The position numbers were made by a program, and so were the translations under genes. Shown piece after piece: positions 45,366 to 48,679 of a stretch of 48,679 nt of DNA. The DNA comes from Gammaproteobacteria bacterium (GTDB lineage Bacteria; Pseudomonadota; Gammaproteobacteria; Eutrophobiales; Eutrophobiaceae): positions 1-48,679 of the forward strand of contig JBLHKL010000002.1 in assembly GCA_047618295.1 (NCBI GenBank), in the 5' to 3' direction. The first letter of the stretch is position 1, and the number at the start of each line of letters is the position of its first letter. Under the pieces are notes generated by a model, which was not told the origin of the DNA, ran no database searches, and worked only from the letters and a program-made list of their open reading frames with translations.

Positions 45366-46691
45366 CTATTCGACCGCACTTTTCGCCCCGACCTGTTGCC
45401 AATCTATATTGCGCGTCAGATACATCGCCACACCTAAGATAAGGAACAAACCAATACTGCCTATCAATAAAGCGAAACCTTCCGAGCGTAAGGTCACAAA
45501 CAGATAGGTGTACAGACCCGATAACGTAGTAAAGACAATAACGGCCTTTGTGCGGCTCTTTAAGATGCTCCTGCTGTAAAGCGAGATAAGTGAAATCGAC
45601 GCACAGCTGCTTAGGAAGTACGCCAGCGTAAAATTGATGTGCTCGGCTAGCGAGAGTAACAAGAGATAGAAGATACAATTCACCACACCGACAAACAGAT
45701 ATTGAACCGGGTGTAATAAGGCGTTGCCAAATAACTCGGTAAAGAAATAAACCAGAAAGGTCAGGCTGATAAACAACACTGCATACTTAGCCGCACGCGT
45801 CACCACCTGATAAGTGTCGACGGGTTGTATTAAGTTAACACCAAATGACTGCTGCCCTTGAAACCAGCTAGACGACACCATCTCCTGTTCGCTATACCCC
45901 ATATCCGTCAACAAATCATTGATCGTCCAAGACGCGGTAAAACCCTCATCAGAGATATCACGACTGGTGGGTAAGTAAATGCCAAAGAAGCTGGGCGAAG
46001 CCCAATTTGAATTCATTTTAATATCGGTCTTTTGTGCCGAAGAAATAAAAGAGAATGCCTGACTACCGGCTAATTTAATCTCGTATTCAAACTCATGTAC
46101 TTTATGCTTGTTCAGTAAATGCGCGGGAAGCTTCGCGGTAAAGATAACCGTCTCGCTAGCGGCTTTATCCCACTTCGGTGTAAGTTTAATCACCTCGCCA
46201 TCCCAAACTAAACCAATCGGTTCTTTGATCGAACGACTGTTATTCACAGGGATCTGAATAACACCTTCGTCCAGCTGCAAACCAGCATCACTACCCTCCA
46301 CACCACCGACATCCGCCAAAGAAAACAAACCATTGAAACGCACAGTCGCGATATAAACCGGCACTTCATAGATGCCGCGATAACGGATCTGCGTTTCGAT
46401 ATGGCTATCCATCGTCATCGTCTCGGGGCGTAGATGTTGATAGCGTGAGTCGTAAGACCAACCGCCGTTTTCTGAAAAGGTCTTAACGAAAGGCAGTGTT
46501 AAAATTGGCCCGACCAAGAGTTGCTCTTTACCCCATGAAGTCGTTATTTCATCCGTTGCCTGTCTATAGAGATGACTACGTTCAAAGATCACCGATTCCA
46601 CCATCCCCATAGGGATCAATAACAATAAGATAAGAAACCCAATAAACAACACACGAAAGGTCGTCGAATTTTTGATAATGGCAAATTTCAT
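45366..46691 (-). CDS. creD: inner membrane protein CreD
   Basis: CreD-like N-terminus (MKFAIIKNSTTFRVLFIGFLILLLLIPMGMVESVIFER) and a C-terminal multi-TM block. ATG 46691 (GGGGA SD) is preferred to the track start 46736. Confidence 0.85.
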   Translation of the reverse strand: MKFAIIKNSTTFRVLFIGFLILLLLIPMGMVESVIFERSHLYRQATDEITTSWGKEQLLVGPILTLPFVKTFSENGGWSYDSRYQHLRPETMTMDSHIETQIRYRGIYEVPVYIATVRFNGLFSLADVGGVEGSDAGLQLDEGVIQIPVNNSRSIKEPIGLVWDGEVIKLTPKWDKAASETVIFTAKLPAHLLNKHKVHEFEYEIKLAGSQAFSFISSAQKTDIKMNSNWASPSFFGIYLPTSRDISDEGFTASWTINDLLTDMGYSEQEMVSSSWFQGQQSFGVNLIQPVDTYQVVTRAAKYAVLFISLTFLVYFFTELFGNALLHPVQYLFVGVVNCIFYLLLLSLAEHINFTLAYFLSSCASISLISLYSRSILKSRTKAVIVFTTLSGLYTYLFVTLRSEGFALLIGSIGLFLILGVAMYLTRNIDWQQVGAKSAVE

Positions 46692-46861
46692 AAAACATCC
46701 CCTGGGGTGTAGTGATATGTACATCACAACATCCAAACAGGGAAAGGTCAGGGAAGGAAAAGGGCGAACTAGAGATTAAATATGGCAGGAAAGAGGCAAC
46801 GCCAAATTAGTACGTGACGTCCTCTCTCCTCTTCAGCAATAAACTTATCCCGCTACTACAA

Positions 46862-47461
46862 TCAATGTGTTAATCGATCACTAATCTCATGCTGTATATC
46901 AGCAAAGGAATGTGCCGCATGTAGAGGTTGATAAACGGGTCGACCCAGCATCCTACTGATATTAGATGAAGAAAAAACACCTCTTATCCTTTGTCCATTA
47001 TTATCCTCAATGACCAGAATATGAGGCCTATCCAGATCCTTCATGGTTTCTGCAACTTGAGCTACTGTTGATCGCAATACCTCTTTGAGATCGATGGCCG
47101 GAGTCCGTTCTATCCTTGTCATCAACATGTCCGCCTGAATGTCGTTCATGTTCACACCTGACTCCGTTGCATACTGCATTGGCTTTTCACTTTGAATATC
47201 ATAGGCAGTAATGATGCCGACAATATTGTCCTGATTATCTATAACCATTAATAGCCTAACACCGTGTTCCTTCATTTTTTCCAACGCCTGCGCCAAAGTG
47301 ACATCGCGCTTGATGGTCAGGGGAAAAACCTCGGTGAAATCTGTCATTACTTTTAGCGCATCATCGTGCTCCAACACAGAAGTGTTTCCCTCATGCGGGG
47401 TGTCATAGGGTATGCCGTGATCTACCTTTAACAGGGGAATTGTATTTATCTCTATATCCAT
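46862..47461 (-). CDS. CBS-pair domain protein
   Basis: Two CBS repeats (LLMVIDNQDNIVGIITAYDI and ILVIEDNNGQRIRGVFSSSNI). Confidence 0.8.
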   Translation of the reverse strand: MDIEINTIPLLKVDHGIPYDTPHEGNTSVLEHDDALKVMTDFTEVFPLTIKRDVTLAQALEKMKEHGVRLLMVIDNQDNIVGIITAYDIQSEKPMQYATESGVNMNDIQADMLMTRIERTPAIDLKEVLRSTVAQVAETMKDLDRPHILVIEDNNGQRIRGVFSSSNISRMLGRPVYQPLHAAHSFADIQHEISDRLTH

Positions 47462-47534
47462 AATATGACCCTCAACTGGTTAACAGAAGACTTGAATCGC
47501 TTGAACAACCGTTAGATTTATTTGCAATAAGCGA

Positions 47535-48104
47535 CTAAGGAAAAGTATGTTTGAAAAATTTTGGAACTCTATCTTCCAACACAAGCAACCAATTCGGTGT
47601 TGCTGATCCTGTACCCGCCAACTCCACGCCCGGATGTAACAGCGTCACCCGCTTCATGGTAACTTCCTGATCGGGATCCAGATCGAGAAAAAAGATATGC
47701 CTGTCATTTTCGAGCGCCTCTGAAAAGCGCTCAAAATTATAGTTAGGTCGTTCCATACCAATCAGCCCGCCTTCCCAGGTACAAAAACCCAACAGAATGA
47801 TGGCCAGAAATATAAACGGCATCCAGCCCGCCGGGGATTCAGTCCACCCGAATTGCCTGGCAACAAAGAGAGAGAGTACCGCTACGCAAACGCCGACCAC
47901 AGCACCAAGCTCGGTCGAGTGAACGACATCCTTTTTCATAAAGGACTGAACATAGTTCAGATGCTCATGATGCGCTATTTCTGTGTCATGCCGACTAAGC
48001 ACATGAATTTGCGGGGTTTTGATACCGGAAGCTTCCAGCTGTTCCTCAAAGACTTCCAGGTCATCCAGACTATCGCTAATAAAATAATGTCTCAGTAATT
48101 TCAT
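47535..48104 (-). CDS. hypothetical membrane protein (189 aa)
   Basis: Soluble N-terminal domain, two TM helices in the middle, and a soluble C-terminus. No family recognised. Confidence 0.5.
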   Translation of the reverse strand: MKLLRHYFISDSLDDLEVFEEQLEASGIKTPQIHVLSRHDTEIAHHEHLNYVQSFMKKDVVHSTELGAVVGVCVAVLSLFVARQFGWTESPAGWMPFIFLAIILLGFCTWEGGLIGMERPNYNFERFSEALENDRHIFFLDLDPDQEVTMKRVTLLHPGVELAGTGSATPNWLLVLEDRVPKFFKHTFP

Positions 48105-48302
48105 GCTAACTCCCCCTGTATAGTGAAATAAGGAGCCCTGTGGAGGACACGTATACTAGTAATTATAGGAGTAAAACACGTTATTTTCTGGCAAAGCCAT
48201 CGCGTTGTTATATCACTTGATGCTAAAAAAGCAGCGCGAATGTCCCAAATAATATAAAGCGGATTGGCTCAAAAAGACTTCATTGAACAAGGAAATCGAG
48301 GA

Positions 48303-48479
48303 TTAAGGTTCTACCTTAAAATCATTCTCAACCTTGAAAAAAATGAACACGGAGTTAATAACAGTACTCAAAATAGCAACACCCGCCAACATCCCCGCGC
48401 CTTTACCCCACTCGGCAATAAGCACACTGACAAGCAACAACAAAAACATGGCATTCAAAATAATGATACCGACTTTCAT
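48303..48479 (-). CDS. small two-TM membrane protein (58 aa), not in the ORF track
   Basis: AAGGAG 7 nt upstream of the ATG. Translation: MKVGIIILNAMFLLLLVSVLIAEWGKGAGMLAGVAILSTVINSVFIFFKVENDFKVEP*. Confidence 0.5.
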   Translation of the reverse strand: MKVGIIILNAMFLLLLVSVLIAEWGKGAGMLAGVAILSTVINSVFIFFKVENDFKVEP

Positions 48480-48499
48480 AATACGACTCCTTAAAAATT

Positions 48500-48679
48500 T
48501 TAGTCTGAACTTATTGGTTCTAAAGCCTCAACTAATTTTAGTAATTCTACTGTTATCCCGATTAACTCTTTTAGTAATTGCGGCGTTATTTCTAAATGAC
48601 CTTCATACTCTGCAACATTTCTTAGGTTATGGCATTTACCGAGCATGCGACATTTAGCTTGATCAAAGGCAACGGTATG
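48500..48679 (-). CDS. 3' end of a helical protein gene (possibly HEPN-like), 5' truncated by the window edge
   Basis: The minus frame is open from the window edge: HTVAFDQAKCRMLGKCHNLRNVAEYEGHLEITPQLLKELIGITVELLKLVEALEPISSD*. The LRN.AEYEG segment resembles HEPN-type helices. Confidence 0.3.
   Translation of the reverse strand, partial: HTVAFDQAKCRMLGKCHNLRNVAEYEGHLEITPQLLKELIGITVELLKLVEALEPISSD

Noticed and set aside
45331-45678. A 115-aa minus-strand ORF overlaps the 3' part of creD in another frame.
   Set aside because: It lies entirely inside or overlapping the CreD coding frame, which has family-typical TM segments there. It has no SD site.
46711-46726. GTGAT-ATGTAC-ATCAC, an inverted repeat upstream of the creD ATG, was considered as a CRP-like site.
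   Set aside because: The half-sites and spacing do not fit TGTGA-N6-TCACA (the TCACA half would need N8). With 5-bp arms it is too short to be significant.
1-48679. The whole window was scanned for CRISPR arrays, tRNA/rRNA genes, transposase or integrase genes, and prophage or secretion clusters.
   Set aside because: I saw no regularly spaced repeats, no tRNA-like T-arm/acceptor signatures, and no recombinase-like ORFs. The only mobile-looking DNA is non-coding miniature elements.

Overview
This is a roughly 48.7 kb chromosomal segment that looks gammaproteobacterial: about 40% GC by eye and densely coded, with about 75 protein genes. Orthologue-level matches to E. coli proteins include RimK, SlyD, YbiT, DbpA, YaiL, HdfR and SprT. 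Most content is housekeeping or conserved-hypothetical. It includes an LMW tyrosine phosphatase, fructosamine kinase and YdjM-like cluster, and slyD, hopJ-family, ppnP, rnd, HIT and sprT genes. It also includes a rimB-like/rimK/AstE-like module, hdfR-like LysR, a CDF transporter, rhlE, a SulP plus tandem-Usp pair and dbpA. Further genes are a Tat-exported aldo/keto reductase, ybiT, a CobB-like sirtuin, a PHB-depolymerase-family esterase, yaiL and creD. I found no rRNA, tRNA, CRISPR array, transposase, integrase, or recognisable defence, secretion or prophage cluster, and I do not see a convincing multi-gene novel system. The observations most worth follow-up are listed here. (1) A miniature inverted-repeat element family (TIR GAATKGCACTTAYTTAA, 11-12 bp flanking duplications) has copies in the dbpA leader and in the cobB/esterase intergenic region. 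(2) A 112-nt insertion at the 3' end of yaiL is flanked by a 24-nt duplication that re-encodes the same C-terminus using only synonymous differences. (3) Two perfect FNR-type boxes sit at class II spacing upstream of a cytochrome c' operon and a mono-haem cytochrome c gene. (4) A tightly coupled retropepsin-like protease / RimK / AstE-AspA-type deacylase triad is present. (5) Two orphan Rap1a/Tai4-like periplasmic proteins occur without any T6SS genes in the window. (6) Three genes appear decayed: 3D-domain (in-frame TGA), zinc-ribbon (in-frame TAA) and HxlR (N-terminus lost). (7) Several sub-60-aa ORFs with good Shine-Dalgarno sites are missing from the ORF track. All functional calls rest on motif and family recognition by eye; no database search was run.
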